From the NCBI RefSeq assembly GCF_009914755.1, contig NC_060936.1: 64,000 nt of DNA; one strand, given 5' to 3'. The notes beneath the pieces are model-generated. The model saw nothing but the letters and a program-made list of their open reading frames with translations. It did no database searches and was not told where the DNA came from. This stretch comes from the human T2T-CHM13v2.0 reference genome, Homo sapiens. The translations under genes were made by a program, and so were the position numbers. This document shows, one piece after another, positions 39,850 to 54,158 of this stretch; position 1 is the first letter of the stretch; every line of letters starts with the position of its first letter.

Positions 39850-40589
39850 TCTTAGGCTGTATTTTAAATCAGGGCTCTCTGAGCTTGATCTCATGTCAGC
39901 CATCATCATATCAGTGTGAAAACAGACTAGAACCAGGTATCAGTGATGCAGCAGCCAGGAGAATTTCTGGGCCAGGCCACAAGCTGCATATCCCAATGGC
40001 CAACTGGTCATGGCTACTTCCTTTTTCTCATCTAGTGCAAGCTCAAGAGGTGTGGGATGGGACAATATTCCACTGTTCTGCAGGTAAATGTATCTTTGTG
40101 GGGCCTCTGAATGTCCTCTTCGGTCTGCTAGTCTCCTGACAAGGGGGGAAAACACTATCCAGACCTTTTCTCTGGGAGGCCATTTGTTTTCCTGTAATCT
40201 GTAGAAGAAACCAAGGTACTTTTGTGGGTGCAGCATCTCAGTTACTGGGGGAGCTTCTCAGTGTGAGCTCTGAATGCTTCAGGATGTCTTCCAATAGCCA
40301 GCCTTTCCTCTGTGTAAAAGGTTTCTCTGGAGTAATGGAGATAGCATGTGTGCAAGTAGGCAGGAGCTCCCCTTAGTGTCAGCTTGAGAGCAAGGAAGGG
40401 AGAGGAGAGCTATGCCTCTGAAACAATACCATTTTGCCCCCAATGCCAGTTTTATTTCAGAGATAAAATGCCATGCTTCAGAGCCATCAATGATAATTGT
40501 TTGAGATTGATGACCTTTGGAAGCTGACAGAATACTAACTTCTGGGAGAAGACTAGAGTAGATCAGGATGATTTCTTGGTATACTCTCA

Positions 40590-40950
40590 GCTGTTTCCCA
40601 CCATGTGTTTCCTCTTCTTTCTGATATACAGCCAAAATACATTTCCCAGTCTGCCTTGCAGTTAAGGGAAACTGAGGTCTCGTCAATGGAATATGAATAG
40701 AGAAATGTGTACCACTTCCAGGCCTGGCCCATGAAAACCTCCCATATGCTCTCTCTCTTTCATCTTCCTTTTCCCTTCAGGCTGGCTGGAGGGGAGGCAG
40801 CTCCTGGGAGAGATTTGGAAGTTGGCAGAGCTGCTATTAAGCTGGGTTCCTGAATGATGGCAAGAAAGAGGCCCACTCCTCTATCGTATTCACCTGCCAA
40901 GTATTGTTTGTGAGCAAGAAAAAAAATATCTACTGTAGTTGAGGCCATCT
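40590..40950 (+). mobile_element. MLT1I/J-like LTR
   Basis: tacatttcccagtctgccttgcagttaag...accacttccaggcctggccc...gtgagcaagaaa. Confidence 0.65.
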
Positions 40951-41158
40951 TAAATACAGTTTCTCTTTTAAAGCCATTCCACGTCCACCATTTGGCATTA
41001 AGCGTCTTTAAAAAAAACTGTGAGTGCCCTGCCTTGCCAGTAAGCTGTTAGCAAGTCTTAACTCGGGAGATCTGTCTCTCCTGGCATTCTGAGAAGCAGA
41101 AGTCTCAAATTACTTCCAGCTGAAATGGAAAAGAAACAAAACAAAACAGAAACTCATC

Positions 41159-41598
41159 TGTGGTAGGCAGACTAATGTCCCTCCCACCGAGATGTTCATG
41201 CCTGAGTCCTTAGAACCTGCAAATATGTTACCTCCATGGCAAAGGGGACTTTGCAGGTGTGATTAAGGGTACTGATCTTGAGATTGGGAGATTATTCTGG
41301 ATTATCTAGATGGGCCCAACCTAATCACAAGAAAACATTGGAAAAGGGAGGAAAAGAGTGGATCAGACGGATGCGATGTGATGATTTGACCCACTGTTGC
41401 TGTCTTTGAAGATGGTGGCAAGGCCTTGGAGCTAAGGAATACAGTCTCTAGAAGCTGGAATAAACAAGGCAATGCAATCCCCTTAGAGCCTCCAAAAGGG
41501 AGCACAGGTCTCAGAACTGTTAAGATAATAAATTTGTACTGTTTGAAGTCATTAACATTTGTGGCCATTTGTCATGGCAGTAGTAGAAAACTAATACA
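41159..41598 (+). mobile_element. MLT1D-like MaLR solo LTR
   Basis: tgtggtaggcagactaat...gactttgcaggtgtgattaag...aaactaataca; TSD tcatc/ccatc. Confidence 0.88.
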
Positions 41599-43042
41599 CC
41601 ATCCCATACAAAACACTTAAATGAAAAAAAAAATACATACATCTGTAGAGTAGGCACATCTGTAGGTTCTTAATGCCTGTCATCCTTATCTGGAAACTTG
41701 GGTGTTTAATGCATTTTGGCAAGAGTGATGCCAGTGAGGATGTTCCTTGGTAGCTTAAATATATCCAGGCTATTGCAATGATGCCTGACATTGAAGGGAA
41801 AATGCACACATTTAGTCAGTCACATGTATGATTTCAAATATCTGGATTTTGGAATTGTATAACCAGGTATATACCAGCTACATCTGAGGGGAAATTTTCC
41901 GTTTTCATCCAGATGCTCTGGTAAGTGCTGACATACCCAGACTATGAGAGATTTGGATCAAACTAAAGAAGTCCCCAAGTCTCAGGAGAACAATGAAATG
42001 TAGTGCGGGGTGTCTGCCGGAGTCATGGTGTACTCATCAGAATGAGCTGCTGAACACTGTGGTCAGGCCCTTGGCTAGTGACACCATTAAGATTTTGTTT
42101 CCTTCTAAATCACCACCCCTCCTCTACTGTTGAAATGTGGCTGTTTCATCTCTCCATTAGAGTCCTTCCAATTTACACCAAGCAAAACAGTTGGAAAATA
42201 AAACTTCATGGCCAGGCAGTGGGTAGGAGTGAGAGGGAGGAGGAAAGGATGTAGACACATAATTCAGAATCAAACATTGAATGAAGGACTCCTCGATTCA
42301 GGCCCCATCTCACTTTGCCCATGGACTCAGTGTCTGACCTTGCATTACCCTCCCTGATCTTAACTTCCCAGAACTCTGACAGATGATTAATAATACCTGC
42401 TATACAAAGGGGGTGAGAACTAATAAATGGTAGTTAAGGATGATGAGTAAGCCGAGTATAATAGCTACTGCTTTCAAGATTTCTCAGAATCCATTAGAGT
42501 TTCTATTGTTTTAATGACTGTGATGAGTTCAGTAAGTCATTTCTGAGTTAGGCACCACTTATCTTTGTGTACTGAATATTCTTAAAGCCACAGTTACTTC
42601 CTTGCTGGGGTTATAAAGCAATTCTGAAGACCAAATCATGTTGCCTTTGTACATATCCATTGAGGTTTCTCTCTCTTACTCTACATGGAAATCCTGTAAT
42701 ACAGATTTCAGCCTTACACCGAGAAAATATATATTTCTGAGTCTTTTTTTCTTAATATATATGTGAGAAAACTCTAAAGTAAGAATAAATGGAAAATCAT
42801 TAGAAGAAGTATAGAAATTACTTTGAAAGGGTATATACAGTCTAATTCATTTATTTTTATTTTAGAAATTTGAATGAATTATTTCAATAAATGTATATAA
42901 AAGATTTTACATTACGTTATACTCAGTTTTTCTTTTTCTTTATTTTTTTGAGCCAGTCCTCCGAGCCTGTTTCCTCAACTGCCCTTTTCTCCTACCCAGT
43001 ACATCGAGCTGTTCAGTGAAAAAGAACAGTGTTTTGTGTGTA

Positions 43043-43073
<31 letters not shown>

Positions 43074-43086
43074 AAATAAAAATAAA
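43043..43086. repeat. (TAAA)n microsatellite
   Basis: taaataaataaa... run. Confidence 0.9.
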
Positions 43087-43645
43087 CAGCTAACTAACGT
43101 AGGAAACCCTCCTTCTCCTTCCCCAACAAGTTGCCTGAAGAAATATGTATTAGCAAGACTGCTGGAAATCCACATTTGTTACATGAAATTAGGACATTAA
43201 AACTGTATCCCGCTGCTTAGTGCCCAGACCTTGTACCCCATGCAGCAGCCTGCTTGTCGGCCATGGAACAATGTGTAGCAAATGCCTTGGTGATGACATA
43301 TCTGTCAGAGGGAAAGAAGGAGGGCATTGATTATCATAATGCGGCATAGAGCTCATTTCCTTCTGAAATTACCCGGAGATGCTTGGCTGGGCAAAGTACA
43401 GCAAGTCCCTGAAGGGGGCTGTAATTTCTCAGGCCTGTTGAAGGAAAGAAGAACAATATGTGTGTGAGTTGCTAAGTCTTTAGACGTTGGCAGTGGCAGC
43501 AGGCTGGTAATGAGCAGATTAGGTATTTCAATATGTTTCTTTGCCTCGGGAAATTTAACAGGTACACCTGTTTTCTTTCAGTGGCTGAAAATGTCAGTTA
43601 CCATGAGCCTGGTGTAGTTGGCCTTTTTGAAAAAACAAGAGAGGT

Positions 43646-43961
<316 letters not shown>

Positions 43962-44059
43962 GGATGGACTGACACGTGGTCAGTCTTTGTTCTTCTGGTG
44001 GCTTGGACATTAACAAAGTGTTCCCTACCCACTTAAGCTTCTCATCTGCATCTGCACAT

Positions 44060-44530
44060 CAGTGGTCTTCAAACTTTTTTTGTTATATGCCATTGAAAGA
44101 ATGTTTTAAAAACTGTGTACCATCTCACTGTTTAAATCTGACATCTAAATATTTCCATCATTTTAAAAATAAGGAGTAGAAGACATTACATGTTTCATAA
44201 GGTAAAGATTGATGGTGTGTGGAATAAATATTTTGTGACATGATTTGATAAACTAGGTTTTAATGACCTTATTGAATAACATGTTAAATTGGAAGGAAAT
44301 CAGTAAAAAGCTTATATGTAGACTTTATCCAGCACATCTTGAAAGATCTGATGACTTCAGAAAACACTGTGGTTATTTAAAGATAATCCACATCACTTAT
44401 ATGTACTACTTTGTCCTGAACTCAGAACTACCCAGGACTGGCCAACCCTACTCTTACAGACTTGCTTGCAGGACAGGGAGAGACAGAAAGTGCTAAGGCT
44501 TCCCCCAACCAGTATTTGGAATCATTTAGT
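44060..44530. mobile_element. hAT/Charlie-like DNA transposon relic
   Basis: Starts cagtggtcttcaaacttttt, a Charlie-type TIR; right end uncertain. Confidence 0.4.
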
Positions 44531-44974
44531 GTAGCACACCATATTAAGATTTGAGATATGAGTGGTGTGACTTTCTTTTGTAGAGTGGGTGAAAGAATAT
44601 TGTTGATGCCCAAAGGCTCTCAGGCAGTTTCAGAATTAGTACATATGGAAATTGAGGATGTAGAAACTCATTTTTGTGAAACTGTCCCTGCTCTAGTACC
44701 TTTGGGAAGTCCATTTGAAGACTGCTGGAATAGATCATGGACTCAATAAATACCTTTTCATAGGAGCACAGAGGGATGAACAAGGCAGACTGAAGGAGAG
44801 AATAGGAATGCTCCCCATGTCAGGTGTGTGGAGGGTGCACCAAGGCTCATTCTGGTAGAGGTAGAGGAGCTTCTCCCAAAGTAGCAAACTCAGATCACTC
44901 ATGGTCTCAGTCCCCTTAATTCTTTCAAGCTGCTGGATCAAGAACGAGGCAGCCAGCCCTCCAGCTGATGACCG

Positions 44975-45612
44975 GAGACATTTATTATCTACCATGTGCT
45001 AGGCACTGTCCTAGGTACCAGAGACATCCTGGTAATCAAGACAAAGTTCCACGTTTGTGAAGTTGGGGATCAGGGAGGTGGAGAGACAGAGAAAATAAAC
45101 AAATCTATGAGAATCTATGAGAGGTAGAGATAAATGCTATGATGCAGATCACCTGAGTGATATGACTGGAATGGCACCTCCAGCTTGGCTGGTCAGAAGT
45201 GGCTTCTCAAAGGAAGTAGCAGCTAAGCTGAGACCTAAAGCCATCCAAATAAAAACCAGTGAGTACATCCATCAGTCAGCAAGTATTTATCGGGTGCCTG
45301 CTATGTGCTAGGCACTGTTTAGGTACTTGGTTTACATTGGAAAACAGGCCTGGGGATCTTACATTCTAACTGGGTGAGAAGGGGTCTGACAGGCAATAAG
45401 CATTATAAATAAGTAAATTACCTGGTATGTTAGAAGATGGTAAGTGTTATGCAAAAAAAAAAAAAAAAAAAAAAAGTATAGAGCAGGCTAAGGAACAGAG
45501 GTAGCATGGGGGTAGTGTGTGATTTTAATTAGGGTGGGTGGGGAGGCCCCCATTCAGTGGGTGTCCTGGGAGTGAAGACTTGAATGAGGTGGAGGAGTGA
45601 GCTGTGTAGAAG
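44975..45612 (-). mobile_element. two L2 3' fragments
   Basis: catttattatctaccatgtgctaggcactg and aagtatttatcgggtgcctgctatgtgctaggcactg. Confidence 0.75.
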
Positions 45613-45665
45613 GAGCTGTGTGAAGGGAGAGCTCAGGCTTTTGCTCTAGCTCTCCCTCACACAGC

Positions 45666-45993
45666 CTGTTCTCATGCTGCTAATAAAGACATACCTGAGA
45701 CTGGCTAATTTATAAAGGAGAGGTTTAATTGACTTCACAGTTCCACATGGCTGGGGAGGCCTCACAATCATGGCAGAAGGCGAATGAGGAACAAAGTCAT
45801 GTTTTAATTGCTGGCAGGCAAGGAGAGCCTGTGCAGGGGAACTCCCATTTATAAAACCATTAGATCTCTCGAGACTTATTCACTACCATGAGAACAGTAT
45901 GGGGGAAACCGCCCCCATGATTCAGTGATCTCCACCGTGGGGATTATTACAATTCAAGGTGAGATTTGGGTAGGGACACAGCAACACCACATC
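45666..45993 (-). mobile_element. THE1B-like LTR, end-truncated with internal deletion
   Basis: ctgttctcatgctgctaataaagacatacctgagactgg...gggacacagcaacaccacatca; the terminal tgtattagt is missing. Confidence 0.9.
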
Positions 45994-46385
45994 AGTTCTC
46001 ATTTTATTATCCCATGAGAACATCCAGCTCCCCTTTATTGCAGCACTGTGCCCACCCAGTTTCTCAAGGAAGCCAATGAGACTAGCAGACATTGTCAGGT
46101 CACAGTATTTTGGAGTGCTCTGCATTGCCTCTTATCAGTCCAGCTCTTTGTGGCTTCAGTTGATACATTTCAGTCCCCAATCACCTCTGAGTGAGCCAAT
46201 GCCGTTGAGTAGCTGCATGCACTGAGTACTGCATTGCTTGCCCAGGTCACCTCTGAAGATCCCCTGCCTTCCTCAGACTGACCATGTTCCTAGGAGGTCG
46301 GGGAAAGTAGACCACAGTGGCTCATCTCAAGCATAGAATCTTTGTGAAGGCTTCTTTTTATTATAAACATTTTTGTGAAATTTGA

Positions 46386-46694
<309 letters not shown>

Positions 46695-46854
46695 TGACTT
46701 CTATTCATAATATATTCATATGTGTTTTAATATAAAATGTTTATCATTTAAATGGATTCTCCAGGAAAATACACCAGGTTTATTCTTTTGCTGTGCATAT
46801 AATTGTGCTCAGAGAGTAGTTCTGCCTCAGTTTGAGGAACATCGGTGTTCTGGA

Positions 46855-47040
46855 AGAAATCCTGGATTGGGGGTAAAGATATGGGGTTCTGGCCCCATCT
46901 TTGCCATAAATTAGCTGTGTGACCTTGGGCAGATCATTTAAACCCATTGGTCTCCATTTTCTTTGATGTGAATTGGGTGGCAGTGACTGATCAGATTAGA
47001 TCACAAAATCCCTTCCTTCTGTCATGCTATAATGACATAG
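46855..47040 (+). mobile_element. MIR SINE
   Basis: ttagctgtgtgaccttgggcagatcatttaa. Confidence 0.78.
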
Positions 47041-47740
47041 AGTCTTGAATGCCAGGACCATGCCTCCCCAGTGCCTGAGTGGTTGTGCTTCCTAGACCCC
47101 AAGGTCCAGTGTGTGCCAGTATGGCCTTACCCTCTTTACTGCCTCAGAGTCACAGTAAGGACTTTTCTTTATAATTGAATGAACACGGAATGAATGGGCA
47201 TCTTGGCATAGCTGGTTTACACATTATTCTTGTTTCCCTTTTCTACATATATGAAAATGTGAACTAAATCCATAGCCCTCCCTTGGTGGATAAAGACATG
47301 GGCATAATAGTTCCATGAATTTAGCCTCTTTTTGTATTCAACAGTCTCATCCCTTCCCCTCAACTTGTGTTCTCCTTGATAGAAATCTAACCACTTCTAC
47401 AAGTGGCAGCTAAAGCATTAGTCTTATATAACCTTCTCGCTCAACAACTGAAAAGTTGTACAAACCTTTTAAAGAATTTACCATCAGCAAGGGCTGTGCT
47501 TCTAGGCTTGTCCAAATTGCGTGTAAAGTACACTCTCTAAATTAACCAGACCATATTAACTCTGAAAACAAGACTCACTCTTCTTAAGCTATGTCTCCAG
47601 ACTGTACCAAATTGTACTTTCTCTTGAAGTAGGACATTCTGTGCCCTGTTTGAAAGCTGGCGTGACTAATGTAGCTGGAATTGCTGATGAGAGAAGACAG
47701 GAAGAGAAAGAACCGATGTGCCTTAAGAATAGGGAATTTC

Positions 47741-48059
<319 letters not shown>

Positions 48060-48961
48060 ATAGGGAATTTCACTAGGCCCTTTGCAGAATGCAGTATGGC
48101 TGATGTGTGTATTATGACATGGTAAATATTACTCCTAGCCTCCTTGTGAAACGGGCTCCATGTCATGCCTCAAGGCCCTACTAAGTCATTGCTAGGGCTG
48201 AGCCTCAAGCCCAGCCCCAACAGTAGGTTCAACCTGGCCTTCCCTCCCAGCACTATCACTGCCTGTCTTTCAACCTATGCTATACATTGTGACAATCAGT
48301 TAACTGAGGTACAAGTGTATTTGGATTTATGCCAGACTGAGAATGAGAAATATTCAGATCACACCTGGAAAATGCAATGCAAAACTCCCTTGTCTTGAGC
48401 TAAAAATCTAGAAGCATTTGCAAGTGACTAAGTCCCTTAGTTTATAGGTATGAGCCTGTGATAAGTTATCTTTAGTTGTTTCTGGCTTAAGGGGATGTCA
48501 GTGACTTTTCCCTTAGCCCCCCTCCTGGAACAGCCGGCTGCTGGTGGTCTAGTTTTTTGAAAGAAGCCCTGAATTCTGAAACCTCATGCTGGGGTTTTGG
48601 GTTAGTGTTTGCATTACTGACTGTGGTTTCATGGCATGATAATGCAAAGTTTAATAAGAGCAGGCTGTCTTTGCCTACAGCTAGAGTTGCATTGAGGCAT
48701 GACTACTTCTAGTGCCTGCTCTGTGCCAGATTCACAGTGCCTTACAGCCCCTCCCCAGAACTGGGGCAGAGGAGGAAGAAAAAAGTGACTCTGTGGTTCA
48801 GGGGAAGGAGTAAAGTTTCAAGGCTGTGTGATAGGACATTTCCCTGATGCTTGGCTTTAGGCTCAGGATGGGGACGTTAATACATTCAGCAGAGACTGGC
48901 TACCTATACTGGCACCATTGAAGGACTCTGCCCTGGCTCAGTGCTGGTTTTGCTTGGTGAT

Positions 48962-49152
48962 GCAGTGTAGTGTAGCAGGATGATCACCAGCTTTAAAGCC
49001 AGATCAACCCAAATTTGAATCTCAGCATTAGTCCTCACTCTGCTTTGAGACGTCGGGCAAGTGATTTAATCTCTTGAAATCTCAGTTTGTTCATCTGAGT
49101 AACAGGTGGTAAAATACATACATTGAAACGCTGCTAAAAGATTAAGCAATGA
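48962..49152 (+). mobile_element. MIR SINE
   Basis: gggcaagtgatttaatctcttgaaatctcagtttgttcatctg. Confidence 0.78.
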
Positions 49153-49156
49153 GAAG

Positions 49157-49800
49157 GCAAAATGGTACAGCAACTTTGGGAGACAGTTTGGCAGTTTCTT
49201 ATACAACTAAACATACTCTTACCATATGATCCAGCAATCCATCTCCTTGGTTTTTACCCAAAGGAATTGAAAACTTATGTCCACACAAAAACCTGCGCAC
49301 ACAAATGTTTGTAGCAGCTTTATTCATAATTGCCAAGACTGGGAAGCAACCAAGATGCCCTTCAGTAACTGAGTGGATAAACTGTGGTATGTCCATCTGT
49401 ATCTTTTATTCAGTGATAAAAGAAATGAGCTGTCAAGCCATGAAAAGACATGGAGGAACATTAAATACACGTTGATAAGTGAAAGAAGCCAGTCCAAAAG
49501 GCGGTATACTGTATGACATCTGGAAAAGGCAAAACTATAGAGAAAGTAAAAAAGATCAGTGATTGCCAGGCCTTCGGGGAAGGGAGTAAGGGATGAGTTG
49601 ATGAAGCATAGGGGACTTTTAGGGCAGTGAAACTCTTCTATAGTATCTAGAATACTATATTACTCTATCAATCATAGAATGATACTAGAGAACATACTGT
49701 AGTGATGGACACATGTCGTTGTGTATTTGACAAACCCTTCTTTGTGTTGTACACGAAGAAGGAACCCTAATGTCAGCTATGGACTTTAGTTAGTAAGTCT
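49157..49800 (+). mobile_element. L1MC1/L1MB-type 3' region
   Basis: gcaaaatggtacagcaactttgg...aaacatactcttaccatatgatccagcaatc...gaagcaaccaagatgcccttcag. Confidence 0.85.
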
Positions 49801-49880
49801 TCTAAAAAGCTTAAACAAGGCAATGTGTATAAACTAACTGACTAACTGGCATAAATAAATAGTGGACTTCAAAAAAAATT

Positions 49881-50002
49881 CATAATCCTAGCACTTTGGG
49901 AGGCCGAGGTGGGTGGATCAACTGAGGTCAGAAGTTCAAGACCAGCCTGGCCAACTTGGCAAAACCCCATCTCTACTAAAAAAATACAAAAAAAAAAAAA
50001 AA
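49881..50002 (+). mobile_element. Alu left arm only, 5'-truncated
   Basis: taatcctagcactttgggaggccgagg...ctctactaaaaaaatacaaaa(A)n with no right arm. Confidence 0.9.
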
Positions 50003-52425
50003 TTGTATTCTAAGTTCCAGGAATGTCATTTAGACATAGTTTCTTTTGGGGCTAGATGTATCAATTTTCATTAAAGGTGATATTATTATTTAAAAATCCA
50101 GCTGGTTGCTAAATGAGAATTAGCTACCCTTTATAACCAGGGATTGTTTCAAAGAAATGTAGTTATTTTCTCCCCTGTGGCCTATCTTGTGCAAAGTTAG
50201 TAATAGTTTGTTGCCAAATCCAAGGAAAGCAAACTCTGGCTCAGGCATGAGATTTATTTTTCTCACCATGATTTACAACTGGTGTAAAATTCAGGTCTGG
50301 ACTTGGTTAGTTATAATGCTATCGCAATATACCGCATCTTGAGTTGATTTTGCCATATCCTGTATTGTTATGTAAAATGCTAACTTTAATTGAGAATTGC
50401 CCCAGTAGAATATCCTTATTTGTCCTGCATGAAGTTTCTCCTCTTTTGTATCAATTTTTTGTATGGTTCAAATTAGTGCGGGAAGAAAAGGCAGGAAATA
50501 CAAATTTAAGGGATATGTGTTATATCATAAAAGAATTGTATCACAAAGCATTAAGACAATGCACAGAAAACTTTGCCAATAGCTGATAGAGCAGAAGGGA
50601 TTGTATAATTAAATAAGAACTAACACCTATTTTGTAACTGGAAATTGCATTGTCAGAGTCCCTTTCCTTTTATCACTAGATGCTAAGAATCTAGCCATGT
50701 AAAAACTCCCAAAACATCCAAATTCAAAAAAACTGGAATCTAACGTGGTAATGCAGTTGTCAAGAACACGCAATAGTCTTTGGGCTTTTACAAAGCACTG
50801 AAAACTAAATGTTGCATTTGTGCCCTTATCTTCCACAACTTCTTTCTTGGCAGCTTTTCTTGGCTCACTTCAGACACACAGAGTTTCAAGTAATCAGGGA
50901 AAGTTGGGACAGAAACTTCCTCTGTCTTTCCATGGCCTTTTCTTTTTCCTTTACGGATCTGTGATCCTATGCTTTCTCTCACGTTCACATTATATGTGTC
51001 AGTTGGAGAAATCTTGATGCCCAGTTTCATTTGTTTCTTCTGTCCCACCTGTAACTAATTTAGGTTGAGTTCTCCGGCTCATGTATCAGAGTGTGTATGA
51101 CAAATTATCTCAAAGCCCAGAGGGCCTCGGTGGTCCAAGTCCCAGCAACAAGGGACACCTGCTGTCATGACATGGGCTTGACCTGGGTTCTGTGGACATT
51201 AAGGAACCACTGTCCTGAGAAGGGGGTATGGAGCTAAGCTAGGGGAGGGAGCAGGATGAGCTTAGAGCTGCCGAGGAAACGGAAAGAGTCTATAGGCTTT
51301 AAAAAAGAGGAGAGAAAGAAAGAAGAATAAAAGATGTTTCTGGAGACTCTGAGAATAGTTAAGAGTCCAGGGCCAGCCAGAATCACCCTTTCCCCCAGCT
51401 ACCGAGAGTGCCACAGAACAGAAATTGACTTGGAAGATATTGCTCCTAGACCAAAAGTCCAAATTAAGGGGTATAGGCAGTTAAGGGCAAATGAGGGCAG
51501 TAGAGATGGTTGTCCGAGTCCAGTGGCCATGAGAGGTTTCTCAGCTGCCTGCCAATTCTCTTCTGGGACAATGCCAGCCATAAAGTACAAGCCATGCTTT
51601 GGTGTGGGCTGTAGACATATTGTTTTCCCATAACTACTGTCATTCAAACAGGATCTAGTTTCTTGGCATGAGCAAATTGTTCCCGCTGAATACACACACT
51701 ATGTCCGCTATGGGGCAAGGCAAAGCGAATCCTCCAAGGAACTGGATGGATTTTTCATTCTGAGATAAGCAGTTTTTTTGTGGGGGCGGGGGAGGTGGAG
51801 AGGAGCCAGCTTCACTCTCTGTTCATGCGAGTTTTGAATGAAATGAGTAAAGTTCATGTTCCCCCCAGAGTACACAAGGTTCAAGTGGGATTACCCAGTG
51901 GGAATCCAGCCCGATTGTAATTTAACTTGTTCGAGGGATCTAAATATTTAATCTGCCTTCATCACGAATCCTAGAATCCTATGTAAGCAGCAAAGGCCGA
52001 GGGTCTGAAAGTAAACACTGCAGTTAGAATCAGAAGTGTTGCAACTAGCACAACTGCTGCTGTGACGTCCTACAAACTTTGGAGAGTGCCAGAGGAAGCT
52101 AGCCTGAGAGCACAGAACTGGCAGTCACGAGGCCTGCATTCTCCAGCTTCGCCTGCCACCAACTCTCTGAGCCTCCAGGCCTCCTTTGTCAAGTAAGGAC
52201 ACAAGCAAAGCATCTCAGAAGACAAGTCATTTTCATAACTGGAAATGAGACAGAGCCAACAAGGATGCGTGAAACCAGCCACATAAATTGTGAAACCTAT
52301 GTGATCATGTATATGTACAATGTTTTCTTAAAAAAAATTACCATTCCTAGATCTAATATCAATTTTTTGTATGATTTTGCCCCACATTTTGCTCAAATTA
52401 TGCAGTGTTTGAAAGAGATTCTCTG

Positions 52426-53114
52426 CAGAGGTTGGAATCACCCCCTTGGGTGCTGGTAGCAATCTGTGAAGGTAGCTTTTTAGATGTCACAATGATTGGG
52501 GGTGGGGTGCTGGTGACATTGGATGGGCAGGTGCAGAACTGCTAAACAATGCTCTGGGCAATCCCACAAAGCGACCACCTGGCCCATATCTGGCATGACT
52601 TTCATGTCCCGCCAGACATTCAAGGAATCCGACTATGTTTTCTATATAAACATATAGTATTTTTCACATCTGAAAATATACACTGAATTTTCCAGGACTG
52701 TGTATAAATAGAGGTAAGATTGTACTTTATTTTGCTCAGAACTTTACCAAGAGTTATTAATAATCTCCAAAAAATCAAATTATAGCAAACACTAATGATG
52801 TTTGAGTCACTAAGCAACACACCTATATCTGTCTGCATTGTGATATCACATTCGTGGTTATTCTACAGGTACAAGAATCTGAGCCTCCCTTGTCCTTTAG
52901 TGCAATCAAGCAGAGTATCCACATACTGAAATACACAACATTTTCTGTAAGCTATTTTCTTTTCATTTCTCCTTTGTATTACAGTTTTCATGTTATATTA
53001 ATTTAAAAACATGGGCAGGTTATATGATCTATGGATTTTATACCAGATTAGTAGAGTACTATAAAATGTTTGTTATAAAAAGTGTGTTTTATTTGATTGG
53101 GTTGAAAACTTCTG
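52426..53114. mobile_element. MER20B-like hAT element
   Basis: gatgtcacaatgattggggg...tgctggtgacattggatgggcagg...ctgctaaac; ends gggttgaaaacttctg. Confidence 0.6.
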
Positions 53115-53465
53115 GGCCAGGTAATCCTAAAGTCTCTTAGCTTTTAAATTTTGTGAGCCTGTGAGATTATTTAGCCAAATGCCTTCATTTTTACTGGTGA
53201 GTAAACTGAAGCCCATTCAGTCTTTCATGCATTGTATTGCATTCAGAAATTGCTGTGATCATTGGGAGGGGAGAATGAAACTACCAAGCAAAAGAATATG
53301 ATTTTAGTTTATTCTCTCCTTTCTTTTCCAGGATTACAAAGGCCCAGGAATAGCTAGTTAGCTTGCCCTGGTGTCACTGCTCACTCCTGTGAAGAATAAG
53401 GATAAACCATGAGGATAGTAGTGGTAATGGTGAAACAGAAAGAACACAGAAAGCTGATTCTAGAG

Positions 53466-54158
<693 letters not shown>

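Noticed and set aside
45453-45475. Orphan A23 tract as a possible retrocopy tail
   Set aside because: No TSD or upstream insert; lies at an A-rich position within L2
53331-53423. Very strong acceptor ttctctcctttcttttccAG
   Set aside because: The only nearby donor (GTG|GTAATG) is weak; insufficient for an exon call
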